Shown: positions 1 to 12,394 of the stretch, piece by piece
How positions within the stretch are numbered: the stretch's first letter is position 1
Layout of the letters: each line of letters starts with the position of its first letter
Assembly (NCBI RefSeq): GCF_035594765.1
Contig: NW_026943819.1
Span: forward strand, 29,686,703-29,750,702
Direction of reading: 5' to 3'
Source: Anolis carolinensis
Taxonomy: Eukaryota
DNA: 64,000 bases
Notes under the pieces: model-generated
What the model was told of the DNA's origin: nothing
Databases searched by the model: none
The model's input: the letters and a program-made list of their open reading frames with translations, nothing else
Made by a program: the position numbers and the translations under genes

Positions 1-346
1 CCCGAGACACAGCTCGGGTGGGGCTTTATAGGATTTTCAAGGACATTTCACACCTCCCCAAATCCTTTTTCCCAGGCTCTCTTTCCTTTCCTTTCCCCTT
101 TCATCCTACGATAGTACCTTTGATTAGATGCTTATCCAAACAGTTCTGGAAAACACAATTTCTATCACTATGCCATCTGGGGCCTGCCATAGATGTGGGC
201 AAAACGTCAGGAGAGAATGCTTCTGGAACATGGCCATACAGCCCGGAAAACATACAACAACCCAGTGATCCTGGCCATGAAAGCCTTCGACAACACTTTC
301 ATAATTTCGAACATTTGCCTCTACGCATAATGAGAGTAAAGGTTTT

Positions 347-670
347 GGAGCTCCCGGTGGTGCAGCGTGTTAAAGCGCTGAGCTGCTGAACTAATGGATG
401 GAAAGGTCGCAGGTTCGAATATGGGGAGCGAAATGAGCTCCCACTGTTAGCCCCAGCTTCTGCCAACCTAACAGTTCGAAAACATAAAATGTGAGTAGAT
501 CGATAGGCAGGAAGGTAACGGTGCTCCATGCAGTCATGCCAGTGGCCACATGACCTTGGAGGTGTCTACGGACAACGCCAGCTCTTCGGCTTAGAAGTGG
601 AGAGGAGCACCAACCTCCAAAGTTGGACACAACTAGGTTTAACGTCAGGGGAAAACCTTTACCTTTACCT
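347..670 (+). mobile_element. Sauria SINE, full length
   Basis: tRNA-like head (GGTGGTGCAGCG..GGTTCGAAT), conserved body and (ACCTTT)n tail. Other copies at 50758-51086 (+), 43647-43805 (+, partial), 19165-20395 (-, split by an LTR) and 60399-63026. Confidence 0.8.
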
Positions 671-1625
671 ATACCATCTGGGCCTTTTGAAGCCTCATTT
701 TGACCCAACTGATCAAAATCAAACTACATCAAAATGCCATTTCTAATTCCTAGACCCAAGTGCTGTCTCTAAGTTTTATTGCCTGCTTGTTTGAGTTCCC
801 TGAGTCACACTGTGGAATTTTACAGTGTTTTTATAGATGCTTGGTTGATATTGTTACTTATGTTTTTTAAATGACTGATCTTATATATTGGCATTTTACC
901 GGTAATTGTGCAGTTCCCGGCACATGTTGCACTTGTGCTGCTGCACCTCACAATGTATATTTTGCACGCTCTGTTTTATCCTGCTTGCATCCTACTTTTA
1001 ACAGTTGGATTTTACAGTATTTTGTATAGATGTTTGTGTGATGTTGTTTCTGTAAATGCATATGACCATTGGTCGGAGCATTAATAAATTGATTGATTGA
1101 TTGATTGATATTTGACGGAACAAACTTTCCCACCTTGGGCCTGGGTCTTGCAGTGTCTCAATGAAGCGCAGGCAAGCCACAGAAGGTTAAATTGCCTCTG
1201 CGTCTGTCTGTCTCTGTTTAATGTGTTTATGGGCATTGAATGTTTGCCCTATGTGTGTATAATGTGATCCGCCCTGAGTCCACTTCGGGGTGAGAAAGAA
1301 GGGCGGAATATAAATACTGTAAATAAATAAATAAATAATAAAAGCAGTCCAGTGCCAGCCAATCTGCTTCCTCAACCGTAGGGTCTTCACCAAGGCCCCA
1401 TTCTGTCGGTGAAGGTCTGCAAGATCCAGAGTGGCTTCAAAGTCCATATTCAGAAATGTCCTGGCAGGCCTGGCACTCCGTGTTCCCGTCCTTTGCGCCC
1501 TTAACCCGGCCAAAGTCCAGGAGTCTTGTGGCCAGATCTGATTCCGGTCCAAGGGCAGGCGGAATCAGAGCTGGGTGCACATACACACACACACATCCGA
1601 ACTCCTGGATTTTGGAAGAGCTTCA

Positions 1626-1800
1626 GAATCAGTCCGCATAGAGTTGGTGGGCTATCCAGTCCAACCCCTTGCCAAGAAGCAGGAAAATCGCATTCAAAAC
1701 ACCCCTGACAGATGGCCATCCAGCCTCTGTTTCAAAGCCTCCAAAGAAGGAGCCTCCACCACACTCTGAGGCAGAGAGTTCCACTGCTGAACAGCTCTCA
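1626..1800 (-). mobile_element. CR1 LINE 3' fragment
   Basis: Typical CR1 end (..GGCTGGATGGCCATCTGTCAGGG..GGTTGGACTGGAT..ATTCT). Similar pieces at 37928-38075 and 44620-44680. Confidence 0.65.
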
Positions 1801-2470
1801 AAATTATAAGATAAATCTTGTAAGAGAGTTAGGGAGAGATGGGGAGCCTGGTGGTCATTCCACAGAGACCAATATTGCTGCATATGCTTGTATTTGACTA
1901 CGTTTCTGTGTGTGTGTATGTTAAGAGAAAAACACCTGGTCAATTAGAATTCATAGTTGGGTAATTAGAACAATCAAGGATAACAAGCTTGAACCACTCC
2001 CTGAATGGGGTATAACTTAAGGAATGTTTGTAATACATTTTGGGACTTACTGAATCACTTACAGTAGAGTCTCACTTATCCAACACTCGCTTATCCAGCA
2101 TTCTGGATTATCCAACACAGTTTTGTAGTCAATGTTTTCAATACATCGTGATATTTTGGTGCTAAATTCGTAAATACGGTAATTACTACATAGCATTACT
2201 GCCTATTGAACTACTTTTTCTGTCAAATTTGTTGTATAACATGATGTTTTGGTGCTTCATTGGTAAAATCATAACCTAATTTGATGTTTAATAGGCTTTT
2301 CCTGGATGCCTCCTTATTATCCAACATATTCGCTTATCCAACATTCTGCTGGCCCGTTTATGTTTATATCTAGCTCTGTATTGTTTATATAAGCATTGAA
2401 TGTTTACCTGTTACTATGTTGGAAGCCGGCCTGAGTCCCCAGGGGGAGATAGGGTGGGATCCAAATGAAG

Positions 2471-2520
<50 letters not shown>

Positions 2521-4039
2521 AGGTTATTGTTGATACCATAATGTTTTTGTTGCCCCTACCTTTCCACTTATAGAGCTAGTTTATTGCTTTTCTTTGAAAT
2601 ACGGTAAATATTCAAAAACATTTAACCTACTGATGCCTCGATTAATGAAATTTTATTGGTATCTATTTTTATTTCTGAAATTTACCTGTAGCTACTGCAT
2701 TTCCCACCCTCGGCTTATACTCGAGTCAATAAGTTATCCCAGTTTTTTGTGGTAAGATTAGTGCCTCGGCTTATATTTGGGTTGGCTTATACTCGAGTAT
2801 ATACGGTAACCCAGGCAGCAGAGCCAGTGGGGCGGCACCGTGGGAACTGCTGCACAGCAACCCTTGGGAGGGTCACAGCCTCTCCATCCCAATGGCAACG
2901 GCACTGTCTCAGCCCAGAAAGGACTAACATATATATTTTTGCATCTGACTTGTAAAAGCAGATAAAATATTTAATATGTATTTTTACAATTTATTTTACC
3001 AGCATGGAATACAGGATGAATATATCAAAGTAGTCAGACAGTTATAGTTTCATGCCATCCCTGCAAAAATAGTATCCAGGTATCTGCTAATTAAAAAGAA
3101 ATCAATTTGCAATTTTGAAGTGATACAGTTCAATCTACCACAAAATACAAAGGGCTGCAAAAAATGTCTCATTCCAATAGTGTATATAAGTTATTAAATA
3201 ATGATCTTATTTAAAATATAAATGAAGCCATAAGTCTTTCCCACATGCAGTATTATTGATTATTAAAGAAACATGTAAAAAGGTCATTGGTTTGCTTTGT
3301 TAACCACTGTAGAAAATGCCAATTCTCTGGTCACATACTTGACTAGTTTAGCACTTAATGGTACTGAATTGTTACAAATGATTTTAAATACTGTTAATTC
3401 CAATTCTCCACTGATAAAGAATGAGACTTGAATATGGCAGTCTTCACCAGAGCCAGAGCCAGCCTTCTCTTGCTGCCGGTTGCCCAAACAGCTCCCGGGC
3501 TTGCAGGAGATGGAAGGACCCAGCCAGGCCAAGGCAATGCTGACGCATCTGTGAGGACAAGAAGTAAACACACACCCACTGATGGGCAACTGGTAATAAT
3601 CAGGAGGACCCACTCAGTGTTGGGTCTGCATGCTGCGCCAGCAAAAACAAAGCATCCGGCACTTGCTGCGCGGCCTCTGCCCTCCTTTTCTCAGGAGAGA
3701 GTGCTGCCAAAACCGGCGGCCTGTGGGTCGTCACGTGCCCAGCCCCACGGGGAAGGAGCCTGCCAGGAGTCAGCGGGTGCAACAGGGGCAGGGAGGGCAG
3801 AAAACACAAGCAGCACGGCTCCACCAGACAGAGGAACGGTCCGAAAGCCAAGCCCTTGACCCTGGGGCTCCGTTATTTTACGAGGAGCTGCAGAATTCCC
3901 TGGTGTGGCCCTTCTGGCTGCAGAGGAACATGCAACAGCCCATGACATCCACACCTCTTTCTTCCCCTTCAGGAAATGCCCACGCAGCAGGACACATTGC
4001 TGCCCATCCCCTGTTCGGATATCAGCCAGCACACCAATG

Positions 4040-4120
4040 ACTTAAATCAAGAAACAGTACTGGAGAGAAATAAATGAAGCCATCCAGAAAATACTCAAAA
4101 TGAAAATCCAGAGAGAACCG

Positions 4121-4170
<50 letters not shown>

Positions 4171-4602
4171 TATTTATACCCCGCCACCATCTCCCCGTGG
4201 GAACTAGGGGCAGCTCACAATGTTACAAAAGTAACAACGCAAATACATAAACAATACACTAAAAACCTGGCTCTTCAAAAAGGCCTTCGACAATTAATTA
4301 TTAGGTTGAACTATCTGCCCATCCAACTACAGGTTTTTTCTGCCACTACTATTTTGCACTTTATTGAGAAACTGCCTCTCCCATTTGATATATTTTGCAC
4401 TTTGGCCCAGATCCTTGTTTTACTCTCCTGCTTTTAATATTTTATGCTAAATGTTGATTACTATGATGGTTTTATTGATATTGATGTTTTCTTGTTGGAA
4501 TAATTGTTTTATCATTTTATTGTTGTATGTTTTTGGGCTTGGTCCCCATGTAAGCCGCTCCGAGTCCCCATTGGGGAGATGGAGCGGGGTATAAAAATAA
4601 AG

Positions 4603-4642
<40 letters not shown>

Positions 4643-5120
4643 CACAGTTTAAAACACAAGAAGATGATAAAACAGATAAAACAGAAGTTAAAACAAAGGT
4701 TTATACAACAGTAATAATATTAATAGTAATAATATTATACAACCACCAATGCAATTCAGTCATATATATTTCTTACTAGGGATGCTAGATATAGAAAAAG
4801 ACAAAACAAGGAGACTCTATTTAACTTTCTGGCTACTGCAGCCAGAATAGTTTATGCCAGAATCTGGAGACAAACAGAAATACCGATAAAAGAAGACTGG
4901 CTACACAAAGTGTTAGAGATTATGAATATGGACCGACTTACATATTGGCTAACGCCCAACCACGGCTTACCCAAGAAAGAAATTAACTGGGACCTTGTAA
5001 AAGATTATCTGAAACAGATGAAGATAGACTTCATTTGTTGATCGTATGCAGTCTCAAGGAATAGAAGACAGAGGGGAAGTAGAATTAAAACAAGAATAAA
5101 CAGACGTAATTTGAACTATA
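4040..5120 (+). mobile_element. L1-clade LINE ORF2 C-terminal remnant, interrupted by microsatellites and an L2 piece
   Basis: Translates to ..LATAARIVYARIWRQTEIPIKEDWLHKV.. (about 4830-4910). A related piece lies at 46975-47110 ([20 protein letters not shown]). Confidence 0.55.
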
Positions 5121-5404
5121 GGACTAACAAAGAAGGAAGTCAACAAACCTCTCTCCCCCCCTTTTTTTCATTTTTTTCCCTTTTTTTAGAATTTACTATT
5201 TTTAGATAGAATTTTCTTTTTATATATATATACAGGCATACATCTTTTTTCCCACCCTTTTTTTCCTTAATTTATTGATGTTCGATTCTAATTTTACATT
5301 TACATGTGGAGTTATTCGGGATTATTTTGTCGGTACCTGTTTGTTTTATTAAGGCATATCCGCTCTGAGTCCCCCTGGGGAGATAGGATGGAATCTAAAT
5401 AAAG

Positions 5405-5442
<38 letters not shown>

Positions 5443-5446
5443 TTAT

Positions 5447-5843
5447 TATGACACAGCAAAGAAGATAGATATGCTGGATTTCATATCACAAGTCGAACCC
5501 TTCCCAAGTGTCTAGGACTGTGTGATGTATTTTCGGATGATGCGTGCAGAACCCAGCAGGGTGGCCTTTTGCAGCTGGCAGATCGTAATTTTGTCAATGT
5601 CTATTGTTTCCAAATGCCGGCTGAGATCTTTTGGCACAGCACCCAGTGTGCCCATCACCACCGGGACCACCTGCACTGGTTTTTGCCAGAGTCTTTGCAG
5701 TTCAATCTTGAGGTCCTGAGAGCGGCTGAGTTTTTCCTGTTGTTTTTCATCAATTAAACTGGCGACATCAATGATCCAAACCTTTTTCTTTTCCACAACT
5801 GTGATGTCTGGTGTGTTGTGTTCCAGAACTTTGTCAGTCTGGA
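5447..5843 (-). mobile_element. R4/Dong-clade non-LTR retrotransposon 3' end (restriction-like endonuclease)
   Basis: Peptide [35 protein letters not shown] (PD..D..K REL motif), flanked by (TTA)n on both sides. Confidence 0.75.
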
Positions 5844-6239
5844 TTATTATTTATTTCCAAATAAAGATGTACAAGAAAAGGAGACAGGACATGTGAGGCA
5901 GACACAAATAGAGACCTGCAAAAAGCAATCATGTTTGTGTTGTATTTCCAAATAAAGATGTACAAGAAAAGGAGAAAGAACATGAGAGGCAGACACAAAT
6001 TGAGGCCTGCAAAAAGCAATCATGTTTGTATTATGAGCAACATCCTGGAACCCTAACTTGCATTCACAGCAGCAACCAAGGTTCTCTGAGTTTCTGCTTG
6101 TGGGTGTCACCCTCCTCAGGAAATGGTCAACACCAAACAGGGTCCCCATGTCCAATCCTGCCAGACCTCTGGCAAGGGAGCAAGAAGCCCCCAGCCCTGC
6201 TTTGGGGACCCCCGACAGACCAGAGCCCCGTGACAGAGA

Positions 6240-7465
6240 CTAGATGTACTTGTAGACCACCTTCTCGGGCACCGTCTGCACTTCCATCTTGACGGGACAC
6301 TTGTAGAGGAAGGACAGCAGAGTTTCTGTGTAGCCAATCAGGAAGTAGAATTTGGACGGGGGAAGCCTCTGCAGGAAGACGGCGCAGATGATCACGGTGT
6401 TGGCGCGGCGCTTCAGCACAATCTCGCTGGCCAGGCAGCCGTGGAAGGTGCCGTGGATGAACTTGCGGATGAAGACGTCCTCCACGGCACGCTCTGCCGC
6501 CCCCAGTTCTCCATCAAGGTGGCCTACAGGGAGGGAAGAGAAGAGGAAAGTCCAGTTTTGTTGGCTTCCTGGTGATAGTAGGTTGCTGTGAATTTCCCAG
6601 GCTGTCTGGCCATGTTCCAGAAGCATTCTCTCCTGACATTTCACCCACACCTATGGCAGGCACCCTCAGAGGTTGTGAGGTGGCCAATTGCACCATTCAA
6701 GGTGGCCAATTGCACCATTCACACTTGCCTCCAACAGACAAGAGTTCTTTCTCCCACCCTGAACATTGTTCCACAGATATATAAACCCCACTTGCCTAGT
6801 TTCCAACAGACCTCACAACCTCTGAGGATGCCTACCACAGATGTGGGTGAAACATCAGGAGAGAATGCTTCTGGAACATGGCCATACAGCCTGGAAAACT
6901 CACAGCAACCCATGAAGGCCTTCGATAACACTTTTCTGGTGTTGTGTTGGAGCGAAAGAGACCTCCAGTCCCACCAGAAAGTCTGCGCTTAGAGGACCTG
7001 AAGCCCAAGATGCCCAGTCTCAGAGGTTCCTACATCAGACCCTAAAAGGCAAGCAGAGGGACAAGCAATCATCCCACTGAACTGGCCTTCCCCCCGGGCA
7101 TACAGTCTCCTTCAATACACAGCTACCCTGTTTCCCTGAAAATAAGACATCCCCAGAAAATAAGACCTAGTAGAGGTTTTGCTGAATTGCTAAATATAAG
7201 GCCTCCCCTGAAAATAAGACCTAGCAAAGTTTTTGTTGGAAGCATGCCCGCAGAACGAACACCAAAGCATGTAGGATCGATAAATGTACATACCATAGAT
7301 CAGGGGTCCCCAAACTTTTTAAACAGGGGGCCAGTTCACGATCCCTCAGACCTTTGGAGGGCTGGACTATAGTTTTTTTAAAAACTATGAACAAATTCCT
7401 ATGCACACTGCACATAACTTATTTTGAAGTTAAAAAAACCAAACAGGAACAAATACAGCCTCAAT

Positions 7466-7505
<40 letters not shown>

Positions 7506-7870
7506 TGGAAGAGACCCCTTGGGCCATTTAGTCCAACTCCCTTCTGCTTTTTCGCACCAAAAACACAAGCAAAGCTCCCCTGACATATGGCCACCAAGCC
7601 TCAATGTTGTTGATGATGATGATGATGATGATAAAAGAAGGTTGGAAAAGACCCTTTGGGCCATTTAGTCCAACTCCCTTCTGTCTTTTTGCATCAAAAA
7701 CACAAGCAAAGCACTCCTGACAAATGGCCACCAAGCCTCAATGTTAATGATGATGATAAAAAAGAGGGTTGGAAGAGACCCCTTGGGCCATTTAGTCTAA
7801 CCCCCTTCTGCTTTTGTGCACCAAAAACACAAGCAAAGTACCCCTGACAGATGGCCACCAAGCCTCAATG

Positions 7871-7936
<66 letters not shown>

Positions 7937-9439
7937 TTTAAAAAGAGGGTTGGAAGAGACTCCCTGGGCCGGATAAATGGCTCCAATGGGCCACATGTGG
8001 CCCCCGGGCCGTAGTTTGGGGACCCCTGCCATAGATTGTTGTACATGGAAATAATGGTAGTAACAAGAAATTCTTGATAGGACTCACAGTTTGTCTGGTT
8101 ATGCTGGCTTGTGATGACAACTAATGTACAGTATACAATAAATATTCAATTTTTGTTCAACAATAAATGTGAACTCTTCTTCATGGAAAAGTAAGGCATC
8201 CCCTGAAAATAAGACCTAACACATCTTTGGGAGCAAAAATTAATATAAGACACTGTCTTATTTTCGGGGAAACAGGGTATGCAAGGACCCTTCTGTCCCT
8301 CCGGCCTACTCACTGGTGTTCTGGGAGAGCCATCCCTTGCGGTGCGCAATGTAGTGTGGAGGGTTGATCTCTTCGTAACTCACCGGCTTGTCCCCCTTCC
8401 CCACACGGACGCGGGCTGCTTGGTTCTGGAAAAGAGATGCCAAAGTGTTAACGGTGAAGAGGAACCATCTCTTTTAAGGCTAGGAAGCAAAGAGCAGGGT
8501 CCGCAATAACCCTCCTGCCCAAGGACCTTGCCTTGGGTCTCTTGGCACGAGAAATAAAGTAAGATAGGAATAATAACAATAATAATAATAATACCTTCAA
8601 GCAGGAAGCAGTGGTCTGGAAGCCTCGGGAAGGGAAGAGAAGCCCCCTTGCAGCAACACCCAGTTGCCCCTCGAAGAAAACAAAGGCCTGGGAAGAGCAG
8701 ATTGTGGTCATAGAATAATAGAGTTGGAAGAGACCACGTGGGCCATCTAGTCCAACCCCTTATTTGGAAAATTATGTCAATTGATTGTCGAATCACCCAA
8801 TGGAGTAAGTTGAAATTATTTTATATTTTTCAAATGAGTGCATTGTTTTTAATTGTTGTTCTTAATTGTTATTATGCATTGTCGTTGCTTTATTATTGGA
8901 CTGTTTTATGCTCTATGTTGGTATTGAATGTTTACCACGTTTAAACCACCCTGAGTCCCTTTTGGGATATAGAGCGGTATATAAATAAAGTTTTGCTATC
9001 GTTGTTTTTATTTATTTATTTACATTATTTATATTCCACCCTTCTCACCCAGAAGGGGACTCAAGGCGGATCACAATACACATATATATATGCAGTAGAG
9101 TCTCACTTACCCAACATAAACGGGCTGGCAGAATGTTGGATAAGCGAATATGTTGGATAATAAGGAGGGATTAAGGAAAAGCCTATTAAATATCAAATTA
9201 CATTATGATTTTACAAATTATGCACTGAAACAGCATCTTTTACAACAAATTTGTCAGAAAAAGCAGTTCAATACACAGCAATGTTAAGTAGTAATTTCTG
9301 TATTTACGAATTTAGCACCAAAACATCACAATGGATTAAAAAGATTGACTACAAAAACACAGACTACTAAAAGTCAGACTGTGTTGGATAATCCAGAATG
9401 TTGGATAATTGAAAGTTGGATAAGTGAGGCTCTACTGTA

Positions 9440-9481
<42 letters not shown>

Positions 9482-10542
9482 CACACACACATATACATAT
9501 ATATATATATATACACAATATAATTTATAATAACTATAACATATATACGTATAATATTCATAATATTGTATTGTAATACGATATAATACTAATAATACAA
9601 TATAAGAATATTAATTATATATTTTACATGTAATATTACTAATAATATTACAATAAATTGATATAGTACAATATATTAATTTATTGCCAGTATTGCACTA
9701 TGCTAATAATATAATATTGTATGTAAATTTAATTTTTAAGCCGCTCTGAGTCCCCTTTGGGGTGAGAAGGGCAGCATATAAATGTAGCAAATAAATAAAT
9801 CATATATATATATATATATATATATCTCACGTCTGTTTTTCTCAATCATATCTATCATCTCTCTCTGTCATATCGAGGGCCATCTATATGGCTGGATGGC
9901 CATCTGTCAGGAGGGATTGAATGGTGTCTTCTTTTATGGCTGAAAAGGGGGCTGGATGGCCTTTGGGATTCCTTCCAACTCTAGTGTTCTATTATATGCT
10001 TATTATCTCTCTTTCAATCATATCTGTCTCAATTGTATGTATCATATCTATGGCTAGGTGGCCATCTGTCGGGAGGGATTGAATTGTGCCTTTCTTTATG
10101 TTGGAAGAGGGGTTAGACTGGATGGCCCTTGGGATCCCTTCCAACTCTAGGTTCTATAACACTTATCTATCATCTCCCTCAATCACATCTGGGGCCATCT
10201 ATCTATGGCTGGATGGCCATCTGTCGGGAGGGATCGAATGGTGTCTTCCTTTATGGCTGAAGCGGGGTTGGACTGCATAGCCTTTGGAGGTCCCTTCCAA
10301 CTCTTAGGGTTTTATTATATGCCCATCATGTATATCTCAATCTGTTATCATATCTATGGCGGGATGGCCATCTGTCGGGAGGGATCGAATGGCTGGGAAT
10401 CATAGCAGAAGAGGGTTGGATGGCCCTTGGGGGTTCTCTAACGTGTGGGAGGGGGGGTCGTTAACGGAACCGGAACCGGAACCGGGCTCCGTTTGTCCCC
10501 CGGACTCACCCGCAAGGCGGGACTCGACCAGGGCGCCGCCAT
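6240..10542 (-). CDS. MRPS24: Mitochondrial ribosomal protein S24 (uS3m), 4 coding exons, 173 aa
   Basis: Exons 10542-10510 ([11 protein letters not shown]), 8687-8595 ([15 protein letters not shown]), 8425-8314 ([33 protein letters not shown]) and 6523-6240 ([35 protein letters not shown]). All introns are GT-AG, phases are compatible, total 522 nt. The peptide is recognisable as MRPS24. Confidence 0.95.
6579..6930. mobile_element. Penelope-like element terminal repeats in inverted arrangement
   Basis: Minus copy at 6579-6682 abuts a plus copy at about 6700-6930. Both carry CACAACCTCTGAGG..GGAGAGAATGCTTCTGGAACATGGCC. Same family at 183-295, 20522-20657, 28268-29107 and 37305-37790. Confidence 0.7.
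7126..8277. mobile_element. Tc1/mariner-superfamily (Tc2/pogo-like) non-autonomous element
   Basis: TIR CCCTGTTTCCCTGAAAATAAGACA / TGTCTTATTTTCGGGGAAACAGGG with TA on both sides. It hosts a nested hAT. Confidence 0.8.
7301..8028. mobile_element. Non-autonomous hAT element (OC1/OposCharlie-like termini)
   Basis: Perfect 16-bp TIR CAGGGGTCCCCAAACT and 8-bp TSD CCATAGAT (7293-7300 and 8029-8036). Confidence 0.9.
9093..9437. mobile_element. Mariner/Tigger-like MITE
   Basis: TIR CAGTAGAGTCTCACTTA.. Other copies at 49354-49677 (TA TSD, complete), about 50394-50727 and 2062-2360 (truncated). Confidence 0.8.
9880..10440 (+). repeat. About four tandem ~155-bp units derived from the CR1 3' end
   Basis: ATGGCTGGATGGCCATCTGTCGGGAGGGAT..CCCTTCCAACTCTAG recurs at about 9887, 10049, 10205 and 10355. 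Confidence 0.75.
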
Positions 10543-10660
10543 CTTGGCCTGGGAATGTCGCGGGGGCGGGGCCGAGGCGCCAAGTCTCGCGAGAGGGAGA
10601 GAAGAAGGCGGCGGCGGCAATGGAGAACGGTGCAGGCGCGCCCCTAGTGGAGATTTGGAG
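10460..10660 (-). promoter_or_regulatory. MRPS24 CpG-island promoter
   Basis: CpG-rich. TCTCGCGAGA palindrome at 10585-10594, GC box GGGGCGGGG at about 10563-10571, YY1-type GCCGCCATCTT over the ATG, and repeated CCGGAA (ETS) at about 10463-10481. Confidence 0.75.
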
Positions 10661-10914
10661 AAACGCCCGGGTCACTTGGGGTCAACCAAAGTCTTATTTG
10701 TTTGCAAGAGTCTTGGACAGTAAAGGCTCCCAAAGTGACCCCTTAAAGGTGGAATCAGGTGTCAAACAGGGTGATGAGTTATTGCCCCAACCTTATTTCC
10801 CATCTTATTGATTTATTATTTATTTATTTATAAGCGACATTTATATCCCGCCCTTTAGATCCCCTTCTCCCTTGGGGATCCATCTCACCCAGCATAGTCT
10901 TTTTTTGAATTATT

Positions 10915-12394
10915 ACTGTATATAATTGAGTATAAGCCTAGTTTTTCAGCCCTCTTTTTAAGACTTTTTAAGACTTCGGCTTATACTCAGGTGAGTTAAA
11001 AAAGCCCCCCTCGGCTTATACTCGGGTGAGGGTCCTGGTTGGCTTATATTTGGATCAGCTTATACTCGAGAATATATGGTACATTTATTATTTTTCTCTA
11101 TTATTGTTGCTACTATTACATTTGTCATTTTTCTCTATTATTGTTGATACTATTACATTTATTTTACTCTATTTTTATTATTATTAATAATACATTTATT
11201 ATTTCACTCTGATCTTATTATTATTATTATTGCATTGATTATTTTACTCTATTTATTATTACATGTATTATTTTCCTGTATGTATTACTGTGTATACCTG
11301 AGTATAAGCCTAGTTTTTCAGGCCTTTTTTTAAGATTGAAAAAGCCCCCCTCGGCTTATACTCGGGTGCAGGTCCTGGTTGGCTTATATTTGGATCAGCT
11401 TATACTCGAGAATATATGGTACATTTATTATTTTTCTCTATTATTGTTGCTACTATTACATTTGTCATTTTTCTCTATTATTGTTGATACTATTACATTT
11501 ATTTTACTCTATTTTTATTATTATTATTAATACATTTATTATTTCACTCTGATCTTATTTATTATTATTGCATTGATTATTTTACTCTATTTATTATTAC
11601 ATGTATTATTTTCCTGTATGTATTACTGTGTATACTCGAGTATAAGCCTAGTTTTTCAGGCCTTTTTTTAAGATTGAAAAAGCCCCCCTCGGCTTATACT
11701 CGGGTGCAGGTCCTGGTTGGCTTATATTTGGGTCAGCTTATACTCGAGCATATATGGTACATTTATTATTTTTCACTATTATTGTTGCTACTATTACATT
11801 TGTTTTACTCTATTTTTTATTATTATTATTACATTTATTATTTCACTCTGATCTTATTATTATTATATTTATTATTTTACTCTATTTATTATTACATGTA
11901 TTATTTTCCTGTATTTATTTTATTATGACACAGCAAACAAGATAGACATGCTGGATTACGTATCACAAAATCACAAGTCGAACACTTCCCAAGTGTCTAG
12001 GACTGTGTGATGTATTTTCGGATGATGCGTGCAGATCCCAGTAGGGTAGCCTTTTGCAGTTGGCAAATATTATTATTATTATTATTATTACATGTATTAT
12101 TTTACTCTATTATTATTAAAAGGATACATAAGCACCTTGACATTGAAGAAGATGAGAATAATGATTTGATCAGAACTGGACAGTCTTATCTTAAATTTGA
12201 GCTTTATGTCAATATTCAAAAACATTTAACCTACTGATGCCTCAATTAATGTGATTTTATTGGTATCTATTTTTATTTCTGAAATTTACCGCTCTCGGCT
12301 TATACTTGAGTCAATGTTTTCCCAGTTTTTTTGTGGTAAAATTAGGTGCCTCGGCTTATATTTAGGTCGGCTTATACGTGAGTATATACAGTAT
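10915..12394. mobile_element. Tc2/mariner-like element with internal ~340-bp triplication and an R4 3' insertion
   Basis: Termini of the TACTGTATATACTCGAGTATAAGCC type. AAAAGCCCCCCTCGGCTTATACTC at about 10999, 11340 and 11678. R4 3' piece at 11923-12066. Confidence 0.65.

Noticed and set aside
347-430. tRNA genes
   Set aside because: The A/B-box sequences are SINE heads continuing into SINE bodies; there is no complete cloverleaf.
1381-1505. Possible plus-strand terminal exon after CCTCAACCGTAG
   Set aside because: No recognisable peptide in any frame and no partner exon in the window.
10636-10650. CTCF site upstream of MRPS24
   Set aside because: One G short in the core (CCACTAGGGGCGCG); weak match.
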